Of a stretch of DNA of 48,276 nucleotides, positions 24,058 through 31,929 are shown piece by piece (position 1 is the first letter of the stretch; each line of letters starts with the position of its first letter). The position numbers and the translations under genes were made by a program. Under the pieces are notes generated by a model. That model saw nothing but the letters and a program-made list of their open reading frames with translations, was not told where the DNA came from and searched no databases. Source of the DNA: Candidatus Bipolaricaulota bacterium (lineage in GTDB: Bacteria > Bipolaricaulota > Bipolaricaulia > Bipolaricaulales > Bipolaricaulaceae); contig JBBIVL010000002.1 of assembly GCA_037439765.1 (NCBI GenBank), positions 1-48,276 of the forward strand, written 5' to 3'.

Positions 24058-25026
24058 TTGGGTGTGGAACAGGAGCTTCTTCTTTCCCTCCTTCCCGAGG
24101 GGCTGGCACCCTGGGAGGATCTCTGCCTGCGCGCCGGTAAAACTCGATCCGAACTGGAACAAGCCCTTTTAGAGCTGCAAAGCCACGGCATCCCGGTACA
24201 AGTGGAGGAAGGCGGAGCTGGTCTGGTTTCAGGGACTCCCGCACCCCACCTCCTCCTTCCCCGTCTCCGCGGAAAACTGGGCCGGCCCTATCGCTACGTG
24301 GGGACCGTTCCAAGCACGCAGGACGTGCTTAGGGGCTGGGCGGAGGCCCCGGTGGGCGCCGTAGTAGTGGCCGAGTGGCAGTCCCAGGGCCGGGGCCGCC
24401 GAGGAAGAACGTGGGAAAGCCCCCCAGGGAACCTTTACGTTTCGGTACTCCTGGGCGCGGACGCGGACGGGTGGCTGCCCCTGCGAGCTGGGGTGGCCCT
24501 CTCCGAAGTTGCCGGGGTGGGACACCTGAAATGGCCCAACGATCTCCTGGCCCCGGATGGAAGGAAACTGGCGGGCATCCTGGTGGAGTGGGCAGGAGAG
24601 CGGGTTTTTCTCGGAGTGGGACTCAACGTGAGAGTGGCCCCCCTTCCTGGAACGGCTGCCTTGGGCGAATTCCGGTCGGTTCACCGCGCCCAGTTTTTAG
24701 CCGATTTTCTTTGGACATTAGAGAGGTGGCTTGGGGAGGAGATTTCGGAGGTGCGCGCCGCGTGGAAAGAGCGCTCCGTCATGTTTGGCCGTACCGTTGT
24801 GGTCCAAGGCATATCCGAAACGGTGGTGGGCGTCGCTTGGGATCTGGGCTCCCAAGGCGAGCTTCTAGTGCGCACCTCGAGAGGAATGAGGCCCATCTTC
24901 GTTGGGGACGTGAGGTCACTGCGACCAACGGATGAGGTAGAAAATTCCAAAGTAGGCGAGGGTGAGGCGCACAGCGGAAGCTCCGGCCACAGCGAGAGCG
25001 AAGGCGCCGGGTCTGCGGCTGAATAG
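24058..25026 (+). CDS. birA: Biotin--[acetyl-CoA-carboxylase] ligase / BirA
   Basis: 'AEWQSQGRGRRGRTWESPPGNLYVSV' biotin-binding loop, an N-terminal wHTH-like ~55 aa, and C-terminal '...ELLVRTSRGMRPIFVGDVRSL'. The likely start is TTG 24058 or GTG 24064, just after the upstream stop. The last ~30 codons overlap the convergent gene. Confidence 0.85.
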   Translation: MGVEQELLLSLLPEGLAPWEDLCLRAGKTRSELEQALLELQSHGIPVQVEEGGAGLVSGTPAPHLLLPRLRGKLGRPYRYVGTVPSTQDVLRGWAEAPVGAVVVAEWQSQGRGRRGRTWESPPGNLYVSVLLGADADGWLPLRAGVALSEVAGVGHLKWPNDLLAPDGRKLAGILVEWAGERVFLGVGLNVRVAPLPGTAALGEFRSVHRAQFLADFLWTLERWLGEEISEVRAAWKERSVMFGRTVVVQGISETVVGVAWDLGSQGELLVRTSRGMRPIFVGDVRSLRPTDEVENSKVGEGEAHSGSSGHSESEGAGSAAE

Positions 25027-25368
25027 GGCCAAGACGTAACTCATCCCGGTGTCGGGGAATCCGGGGATGAGAAGAAGGAAGAACAGAGCGGGGGCGCCCA
25101 TGCGGTTGACCCATTTTTCCACGCGGGCGATCCAGAGCTGAACTCGGGCTTCTTTTTCTCGCCAGATTTGTATCCTCTGCCACCGTTTCAGCCGATCCCC
25201 GAGAAAGAACAGAACATAAGCTCCGGCTATGCGGCCCAGCACCGCCACCAAAATCACGGTCCAACCCGGCGCGGAGGCCACCGCTCCCAGCACCAATTCT
25301 TGCGGACTGGGAAGGACTAAGACCGTGCCCACGGCGTAGAGGAAGGATAGGCATAGGGTGAGGGCCAT
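24916..25368 (-). CDS. Small DedA/VTT-family-like (YqaA-like) membrane protein
   Basis: 150 aa with 4 hydrophobic segments and the pattern 'P.P.E..L.......G......V...GR..G.Y..FFLG' typical of small DedA-type proteins. It follows mutM by 3 nt. Confidence 0.6.
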   Translation of the reverse strand: MALTLCLSFLYAVGTVLVLPSPQELVLGAVASAPGWTVILVAVLGRIAGAYVLFFLGDRLKRWQRIQIWREKEARVQLWIARVEKWVNRMGAPALFFLLLIPGFPDTGMSYVLALFSRRPGAFALAVAGASAVRLTLAYFGIFYLIRWSQ

Positions 25369-25371
25369 GCC

Positions 25372-26196
25372 CTAGATCACAGGCTGGCTCACATTTTGAC
25401 AGCGGGGGCAAAAATTGGTGCGCTGGCCCCCGAACAGGACTTCGCCGATAGGAGTGCTGCACACCCGGCAAGGGGATCCAGCCCGGCCATGCACAAAAAG
25501 GAAATCCCGGATCTCCTTGTCGAACAAGTCTTCCCCCACTCGGGCTTCGATTTCTGCCACCGCCCAGCGGAGGGTTTCGGGAATGGCCTTCCAAAGCCGT
25601 TCTTGCTCGACTGGGGAAAGAGTATGTCCATAGCGGAAGGGAGAAAGACCGGCGCGAAAGAGGATCTCATCGGCGTAGGTGTTGCCGATTCCAGCGAGGA
25701 TGGCTTGATCCGTAAGAATTTTCTTGAGCGTGCGACGCCGGCCGCGCAGGGCCTGGGTCAGCGCGGCCAGAGTGAACTCCGGAGAAAAAGGCTCAGGGCC
25801 AAGTTTCTTGAGGGGCTCGACCTGGGAAAGATCCGGGACCAACCACACTGCAGCCATCTGGGGGGATCCCGGCTCGATGAGCCGCAGATCCGTGCCATTG
25901 TCGAAGGAAAGGACAAGGGTAGTGGCCTTGGTCACCTCATAACGGGAAGGCCCCTGCCAAAGCCACCCATAGCGCATGAGATGCACGAGCAGAAAGAGGT
26001 CCTCGCTGAAGCGAAAAATGAGGTATTTTCCACGCCGGATTATGTGCTCGAGGGTCTTTCCCTGAAGGGGTGCAAGTTCCGCTGGCCCCGCCTTGATCAA
26101 TCCCTGCCGGCGTACGGAAACACCAATGACCGCCCGGCCCACAAGCCGGGCGGTCAAAATCTCCCGAATTACCTCAAGGTCCGGAAGCTCCGGCAC
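25372..26196 (-). CDS. mutM: Formamidopyrimidine-DNA glycosylase (Fpg/MutM; Fpg/Nei family)
   Basis: N-terminal 'PELPDLEV' (catalytic Pro after Met removal, GTG start), H2TH region 'ILTDQAILAGIGNTYADEILF', and C-terminal zinc finger 'CRVCSTPI....GQRTNFCPRCQ'. Confidence 0.9.
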   Translation of the reverse strand: MPELPDLEVIREILTARLVGRAVIGVSVRRQGLIKAGPAELAPLQGKTLEHIIRRGKYLIFRFSEDLFLLVHLMRYGWLWQGPSRYEVTKATTLVLSFDNGTDLRLIEPGSPQMAAVWLVPDLSQVEPLKKLGPEPFSPEFTLAALTQALRGRRRTLKKILTDQAILAGIGNTYADEILFRAGLSPFRYGHTLSPVEQERLWKAIPETLRWAVAEIEARVGEDLFDKEIRDFLFVHGRAGSPCRVCSTPIGEVLFGGQRTNFCPRCQNVSQPVI

Positions 26197-26201
26197 TTCC
26201 C

Positions 26202-26777
26202 TTACGGATCACCCAGGCCCAGATAGATGGTCACCCCGCAGGGAGCCGCGCACGGCGCCACACAAGTAGGGCAGCGATAGAGCTTCACGTAGGGCGCGCA
26301 CCAGGAAATGGCGCAGGGTTTAGAGGAAATTCCCCAACAGCCGAAGAAGAAAAACGGGAAGAAACAGCACGATGAGCAACAATCGGTTTTAGCCACGATT
26401 TTCACGGTGTTCTCGTACTCGCCCGTGGTGGTGGCGATGATGATCTTGTAAAAGCCGGGCCCTACGGGGTTGCCCAGTGCATCCACCTGCTTCCACACCC
26501 ATTTCCCGGGAGCCACCGGGGCGGGGAAAGTCTCCTGGTACACAATGTTTCCGTCCAGGGTGGCCACGCGCCAGCCCGTTACCTGAATCTGGGGGCCAGG
26601 ACAACAACACCAAAAGAGGCCAAACGGAATAGCGAGCTCAAAGCAAACGTCCTCGCCTTGCCAGAACGCCGTGTAGCACGGGGGCTCCGTGGTGGTCTCG
26701 CAAGGCGCACACCATTGCCCTGCGCCCAGCACACCCAGGGCCGCTACGCCCAAAACCAACGCCCAAACCTTCTTCAT
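26202..26777 (-). CDS. Secreted cysteine-rich hypothetical protein (18 Cys)
   Basis: 191 aa from ATG 26777, with GGAGGTG 6 nt upstream. Signal peptide 'MKKVWALVLGVAALGVLGAG'. Two Cys-dense segments flank a Cys-free ~75-aa beta domain. The stop lies 5 nt before the mutM start. Confidence 0.75.
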   Translation of the reverse strand: MKKVWALVLGVAALGVLGAGQWCAPCETTTEPPCYTAFWQGEDVCFELAIPFGLFWCCCPGPQIQVTGWRVATLDGNIVYQETFPAPVAPGKWVWKQVDALGNPVGPGFYKIIIATTTGEYENTVKIVAKTDCCSSCCFFPFFFFGCWGISSKPCAISWCAPYVKLYRCPTCVAPCAAPCGVTIYLGLGDP

Positions 26778-26889
26778 GCCCAACACCTCCTCACGTTAAA
26801 TATACACCCCAGCACAAACGTAAGTTTCACAACACCCCCATGCTATGCGGAAGGGTGTCCAAGTCAAGTAATGGGTATCACCCTGGGAC

Positions 26890-27867
26890 TCAGGGGGCCG
26901 TCCAGGTCTCAAGGTTCACCAGGGTGGGAGGGCGTCGGCCTGCCAGAGCGGCAAGCACGTTGTCCACGGCCAGCGCAGCCATGCTTCGCCGGGTGGCCCA
27001 GGTGGCCGAGCCGATGTGAGGGGTCAATACCGCATTTCTCAGGCCAAGCAACTCCGGATGTACTTTCGGTTCGTCCTCAAACACATCCAACCCCACGCCC
27101 CGGATTTGCCCAGCCTTGAGGGCCCGCACCAAGGCCTCCTCGTCCACCACCGGTCCGCGGGCCACGTTCACCAGGATGGCCTCCGGCTTCATGAGGGAAA
27201 GCTCCCGCGCGCCGATGAGGTAGCGGGTTTCCGAGGTGAGGGGAACGCAAAGCACCACAAAATCGCTTTCCCTAAGGAGCTCGTGTAAAGGAACGTAGCG
27301 TGCGCCCAAAGCTTTTTCGGCCTCGGGTTTCTGTGTGCGGGCGTGGTAGAGGATGGTCATGCCAAAGCCGCAGCCACGGCGGGCCACAGCCTGACCGATG
27401 CGCCCAAACCCCACAATGCCCAGCGTTTTCCCGTATACATCCACGCCCAGATGCTTGGGCAAGAAGGTCCAGCCGGGGAAGCCCTCGCGGCGCAGATCTT
27501 CGTCAGCCTCGACGATGCGGCGGGCCGTGGCCAAAAGGAGAGCCCAAGCCAGATCCGCCGTGGCCTCCGTAAGCACATCGGGAGTGTTGGTGACGAGAAT
27601 CTTTCGCCGTGTGGCTGCCTCTAGATCGATGTTGTCCACCCCCACCCCCAAATTGGCCACGACGCGCAATTTAGGAAGCCCTTGCAGGACTTCGCCATCG
27701 ATGCGATCCGCCAACGGTACAATCAGGGCCTCCGCGTCCCTGGCAAAGGCCAGAAGTTCCGGCTTCCCCAAGGGTTGACCTTCGTGTACACGCACCTCAT
27801 GCCCGGCTTTTTCCAGTCGGGCCACTTCCTCTGCGAAAAACCTGGTGGTGATTACCACTTTGCCCAT
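26890..27867 (-). CDS. D-isomer-specific 2-hydroxyacid dehydrogenase (glyoxylate/hydroxypyruvate reductase-like)
   Basis: 325 aa with NAD-binding 'LGIVGFGRIGQAVARR', 'NVARGPVVDEEAL' and 'LTPHIGSAT' blocks. GGAGG SD upstream. Confidence 0.88.
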   Translation of the reverse strand: MGKVVITTRFFAEEVARLEKAGHEVRVHEGQPLGKPELLAFARDAEALIVPLADRIDGEVLQGLPKLRVVANLGVGVDNIDLEAATRRKILVTNTPDVLTEATADLAWALLLATARRIVEADEDLRREGFPGWTFLPKHLGVDVYGKTLGIVGFGRIGQAVARRGCGFGMTILYHARTQKPEAEKALGARYVPLHELLRESDFVVLCVPLTSETRYLIGARELSLMKPEAILVNVARGPVVDEEALVRALKAGQIRGVGLDVFEDEPKVHPELLGLRNAVLTPHIGSATWATRRSMAALAVDNVLAALAGRRPPTLVNLETWTAP

Positions 27868-27887
27868 CGCGCCTCCTTCCTCCGAGT

Positions 27888-28790
27888 CTATCCCAAACGA
27901 GCGAGGAAAAAGAGGGTGAGGGAAAGTGTTCCCAGGGAAAGGAGGGTGGAGAGAAGGAGGGCGGCAGCGGCGAGGTCCGGCCAGCGGCGGTATTGCCTGG
28001 CAAGGATATAAGCGTTCACGGCGCTGGGCACGCTCCCTTCAATGACGAGGCTGCGGCGGATGAGAAGGTCAGCGGCAAAGAGGGGGGCCAAGAGCCAGGA
28101 AAGAGCCGAAGCCAACACCAGACGGGCTATTGCGACAAGCACCGCGGGTTTAGCCAAGCGGCGCCACTCCACCGTGGCGAGTTCCAGACCCAGGAGAAGG
28201 AGGAACACGGGGATGGCCGCTTGGGAAAGAAGCCCTGTGGCCCGGGATAGGGTTTCTGGCCAACCGTCCGTGAGGCGCAGGATTACTGCCAGCCCTACGG
28301 CATAGGGCCAAGGCACCGCCAAAATGTTTCGGATCAGGGCCCGGGGATCCAACCGGCCCTCCCAACTGGCAATCCCTACGCCCAGGGCGGCCAAGAGCAC
28401 GGTGTTCGTGGCCAAAAAAATCACGCCCACATCTACGGCACGAGCTCCATAGGCAAAAAGCAGAATGGGCAGTCCAAGATTTCCGCAGTTCCCGAAGGTG
28501 AGGAGGAGGCTGGTGGCCCGCCGTGCCTGGTGATCCGTGGGGAAAAGTTTCCTCCCCAAAGGTAGGGAAAACAGGAAAAGCCCGGCGTACTGGACGAGCA
28601 CGAACAGAGCTACCAGTCCCGCTTCTCTGGCGGGAAGTTGGGCGGTGCGCAGCGTTTCAAAAATGAGAGCTGGGGAAAGTACCCAGAAACTCACGTCCGC
28701 AAATGGCTGGGCCGGGATCTTCCCCACGCGGCCGAGTCCATAGCCCACGGCCACAAGGAGGAAGGTGGGAGCAATGGCCTCGAGGATCAT
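27888..28790 (-). CDS. AEC (auxin efflux carrier) family membrane transporter
   Basis: 300 aa from ATG 28790: 'MILEAIAPTFLLVAVGYGLGR....' with ~10 TM segments. The 67-codon upstream extension in the track ORF is non-membrane junk that overlaps the divergent gene. Confidence 0.7.
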   Translation of the reverse strand: MILEAIAPTFLLVAVGYGLGRVGKIPAQPFADVSFWVLSPALIFETLRTAQLPAREAGLVALFVLVQYAGLFLFSLPLGRKLFPTDHQARRATSLLLTFGNCGNLGLPILLFAYGARAVDVGVIFLATNTVLLAALGVGIASWEGRLDPRALIRNILAVPWPYAVGLAVILRLTDGWPETLSRATGLLSQAAIPVFLLLLGLELATVEWRRLAKPAVLVAIARLVLASALSWLLAPLFAADLLIRRSLVIEGSVPSAVNAYILARQYRRWPDLAAAALLLSTLLSLGTLSLTLFFLARLG

Positions 28791-28836
28791 AGCCCTAAGC
28801 CTACGGTAAAGGGAGCAGCGTTTACAATCCGGACCG

Positions 28837-29349
28837 ATGAAGATCGGCGTGACGGGAAACCCGGGTGTGGGGAAAACCACGCTGGTGAAGTGGGTATTGG
28901 CTGCGGTTCCCTTGCGAGCTGGGGGAATGATCACCGAGGAGATCCGCAAGTGCGATCGCCGCGTGGGTTTTCTGGTGCGGGATGTGGCCACCGGCCGCGA
29001 GGGGTATCTCGCTCATCAGCACCTCTGTGATGGCCCGGAGTTTGGACGGTACCGCCTCTGCTTGCGAGACCTGGAGGAGATCGGAGCGGCAGCCATTCTA
29101 AGAGCTATCGAGGAGGCGGAGCTCATCGTGGTGGACGAAGTCGGTCCCATGGAGTTGCGCTCCCCGGCTTTCGTGGTCGCAGTGGAACGGGCTTTGGCCA
29201 GCGAAAAACATCTCCTGGTCACCGTCCACCGCGCCTCCAACCACCACTTGGCCTACCGCATCCGCCACGAGGTGGACCACTTGATTCGCCTTACCCAAAG
29301 CAACCGAGAGGAGAAGACCCAAGAGGCTATTCGGCTCTTTTCGGATTGA
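28837..29349 (+). CDS. THEP1-type nucleoside-triphosphatase
   Basis: 170 aa with Walker A 'VTGNPGVGKTTL' and Walker B 'LIVVDEVGPME'. Size and layout match Aquifex THEP1/NTPase family. A TACAAT box lies 8 nt upstream of the ATG. Confidence 0.72.
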   Translation: MKIGVTGNPGVGKTTLVKWVLAAVPLRAGGMITEEIRKCDRRVGFLVRDVATGREGYLAHQHLCDGPEFGRYRLCLRDLEEIGAAAILRAIEEAELIVVDEVGPMELRSPAFVVAVERALASEKHLLVTVHRASNHHLAYRIRHEVDHLIRLTQSNREEKTQEAIRLFSD

Positions 29350-30106
29350 CCCAGACTGGTCCAGGCATGTTATAAAACTCTCGGTAGAATCGGGCAAAGG
29401 CGCGCTCCAGTTCCCGCATCATCCGGTCCACGTCCTTTTCCTCGGGGAGTTGGGAGTCGGGAAAGATGGGTGGGGCAAAGTGCACGGCGATCCACCTTTT
29501 GCGCAGTGTTTGACCAAGGCCTTTGAGAAAACCGGCTACTACCGGCCTTTTTTCCGCATCCGGCTCATAGATGTAGGCGTTTTCCAAACCCACAGGAATG
29601 AGAGGGACCCTAGCTCGGCGGGCAAGAACCGCGGCGCCGGGGTAGAGCCTCCCCTCCCAGAAACGATCCCCCTGAGGGAAAACCATGATCCTTCCGCCTC
29701 GGCGAAGATGGGCCACCGCACGCTCTATGGTTTTGGTGTTCACGTAGTGTTTACGTGCAGGATCTTGGGTGACCCCGAACCGCCAAAAACATTGGCTAAG
29801 GAACCGGAGAAAACGGCCTGGCCGGTCGAGGGAATAGAGGGCCCGCAGGCGAAGATCCCGAGTGGCCCAAGTGACGAAAAGTGGGTCACAGAGGCCCACA
29901 TGCATGACCGCAAGCACACAAGGCGCACGAAGGGCCCGCCCTACACGCCTGATCTTCACCAAGGAAGCCAAAACCAATACGCTTAAGAGGTAAAGCCCCC
30001 AAAAGAATTCCCAAACGATCAATAAGAGGGCCCTCTTCCACTTCGCTGTACGTTGGGCCAAGGAAAACCCTTCAGGCAGCTTTTTTCTTCTTTCCTCCCA
30101 GCACAT
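29327..30106 (-). CDS. Lysophospholipid (PlsC-like) acyltransferase family protein
   Basis: N-terminal TM, HX4D motif 'HVGLCD' and 'VFPQGDR' block. The start is uncertain (TTG 30148, ATG 30106 or TTG 30061). The 3' end overlaps the convergent NTPase gene by 23 nt. Confidence 0.6.
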   Translation of the reverse strand: MCWEERRKKLPEGFSLAQRTAKWKRALLLIVWEFFWGLYLLSVLVLASLVKIRRVGRALRAPCVLAVMHVGLCDPLFVTWATRDLRLRALYSLDRPGRFLRFLSQCFWRFGVTQDPARKHYVNTKTIERAVAHLRRGGRIMVFPQGDRFWEGRLYPGAAVLARRARVPLIPVGLENAYIYEPDAEKRPVVAGFLKGLGQTLRKRWIAVHFAPPIFPDSQLPEEKDVDRMMRELERAFARFYREFYNMPGPVWVNPKRAE

Positions 30107-30794
30107 AGCCAAAGCGTTCGTAGGCGATATGGCCGAAGGGGCGGGCAAGCTCGGTGAACATGTAGAGCGCCAAGGTGCGTAGCGTGCCGTATTCCTTGAA
30201 ACGGCGGGAGGAAACCCAAATGGGTCCAGCCTTCAAGAACCCGATTTTCCCATAACGGCGAACGCGGCTCACGTAAACGTGGTCCTCCCGAAAAATTGGC
30301 TTCTCCTCAAATCCTCCCACCTTTTCGTGGATTTCCCGCTGCACCAGAATGGCCCAACCGGGAACATGGGGATCAAAGGCCCGGGTGAGGCGGAACACAA
30401 GGTTGCCTACACGAAAGACGAGGCGCTGCGCGAGATTTCCGTCCCAACTGCGCCCGTAAAAACCAGCGGCAGCGAGACTTTTCTTTTCGAATTCCTGGAC
30501 AGCTTCAGCCAAAAAATCCGGATGGGGAAGGCGGACATCGGCATCCAAGAAGAGGATAAGCTTCCCCTGAGCGTTCTTGGCCCCAAGATTCCGGCCGTAG
30601 CCGGGACCCAGCCGTGGGCCAACCACCACCTTGGCCCCGAACGTTTGCGCGATCTTAACCGTAGCGTCTTCAGAGCCTGCATCGGAAACAATGACCTCAA
30701 ACTCCCGCCAGCTCTGGGAAGCCAGATCCTGAAGGAGTCCAGGAAGATATTCCTCCTCGTTCAGTGTAGGGATCACCACGCTAAGCTTGGGCAT
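30072..30794 (-). CDS. Glycosyltransferase family 2 (soluble type)
   Basis: 'LSVVIPTLNEEEYLPGLLQDL' and 'LFLDADV' (DxD). ATG 30794 has a GGTGAGG SD and lies 5 nt after the upstream stop. Confidence 0.8.
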   Translation of the reverse strand: MPKLSVVIPTLNEEEYLPGLLQDLASQSWREFEVIVSDAGSEDATVKIAQTFGAKVVVGPRLGPGYGRNLGAKNAQGKLILFLDADVRLPHPDFLAEAVQEFEKKSLAAAGFYGRSWDGNLAQRLVFRVGNLVFRLTRAFDPHVPGWAILVQREIHEKVGGFEEKPIFREDHVYVSRVRRYGKIGFLKAGPIWVSSRRFKEYGTLRTLALYMFTELARPFGHIAYERFGYVLGGKKKKAA

Positions 30795-30798
30795 AACC

Positions 30799-31929
30799 TC
30801 ACCCCTTTTCCCGCCGGACCTTATACCAAGTTTGGCTCTTTGTGAAAGCATTGACAAAGCTCACGAGGACGAGAACCTCGATCCAAAGGTGCACAAAAAC
30901 AGGGCCAATGAGGGTGTTCACAAGAGCTTCCCGCCAGGGTGGACCGTCGAGATAGTAGGACAAAAGCACGCCCCAATATAACGCAGCGAGGTAACCCGGA
31001 AGAACGAAGGGGACAAGTAGCCACCTTCCCAGACCAAGATCCACCCACAAAAGCGCCCAAGGGAAATAGATGACCAAGGCCAAAAGAACCATGAGGAGGA
31101 GATAGTTAAGGTGCCCCTGGTGGATCTCCTGGATCATCTCCCGAATCCCTCCGGTGAACCACCGGAGAAACTGGCGGAAAAGGTCAGGAAAGCCCGGTGC
31201 ATACTGGATGAGACATTGTGGGCCACGCACGAATTTCCCCAAAATACCCAACGCGGCTAAACGTGTTCCCAAATCGAAATCGTCGACCAAAGAATGGGGA
31301 TCGAATTCTCCCGCTTTCTCCAAGACTTCGCGACGCACAAAAAGCCCGCATGTGGTAAATACTGGGCGCCAAAAAAGCCCGGAGAAGATGAAGGCCCGCG
31401 TCAGAGAAAAGAATAGCTCCTGAAGACCAACAGCCAGGGTTCGTCGAGCGTTGTAGGCCTTAGCATCCCCGAAGATCACGGGGTTCTTGGGATGGCTAGC
31501 CAGGGTGCGATAAAACCGAAGGGCCTCCGGAGTGAACCGGGCGTCCGCGTCCAAAAAGAGGATCACTTCGCCGGTGGCGTGTTGAAGGGCGTAGTTCAGG
31601 GCTGCGGGCTTCCCGCGCCGATAAGGGTCGGAAAGGACTAAAAGCTGCGGTATTTCTTGTTTTAAACGGGAAAGGATCTCAGGCGTGCGGTCACTGGAAG
31701 CATCTACTACAATTATTTCCGCATCGGGTGCGGCTTGAGATAAACTCCTCAGGGTGTTTTCGATCACGGCCTCTTCATTGCGGCTGGCAATGATCACCGA
31801 AAGCTTTCCTGGCGAAGCGCTGTGTTCCACCGCCTCCCGCAGCAATCGGAAGTTACGCCAGATGCCGAGAAAGGCGAGGACTACCCCGCCCGCCAGGCCG
31901 CACGCCAGGCTGATCAGGCTTGGGTTCAT
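30799..31929 (-). CDS. Membrane-embedded glycosyltransferase family 2 with a Q-x-x-R-W-like motif (processive-type)
   Basis: N-terminal TM, '[11 protein letters not shown]', 'VVDASSD', 'LFLDADARF' and '[10 protein letters not shown]', then 3-4 C-terminal TM segments. The ATG overlaps the leuS stop (ATGA). Confidence 0.8.
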   Translation of the reverse strand: MNPSLISLACGLAGGVVLAFLGIWRNFRLLREAVEHSASPGKLSVIIASRNEEAVIENTLRSLSQAAPDAEIIVVDASSDRTPEILSRLKQEIPQLLVLSDPYRRGKPAALNYALQHATGEVILFLDADARFTPEALRFYRTLASHPKNPVIFGDAKAYNARRTLAVGLQELFFSLTRAFIFSGLFWRPVFTTCGLFVRREVLEKAGEFDPHSLVDDFDLGTRLAALGILGKFVRGPQCLIQYAPGFPDLFRQFLRWFTGGIREMIQEIHQGHLNYLLLMVLLALVIYFPWALLWVDLGLGRWLLVPFVLPGYLAALYWGVLLSYYLDGPPWREALVNTLIGPVFVHLWIEVLVLVSFVNAFTKSQTWYKVRREKG

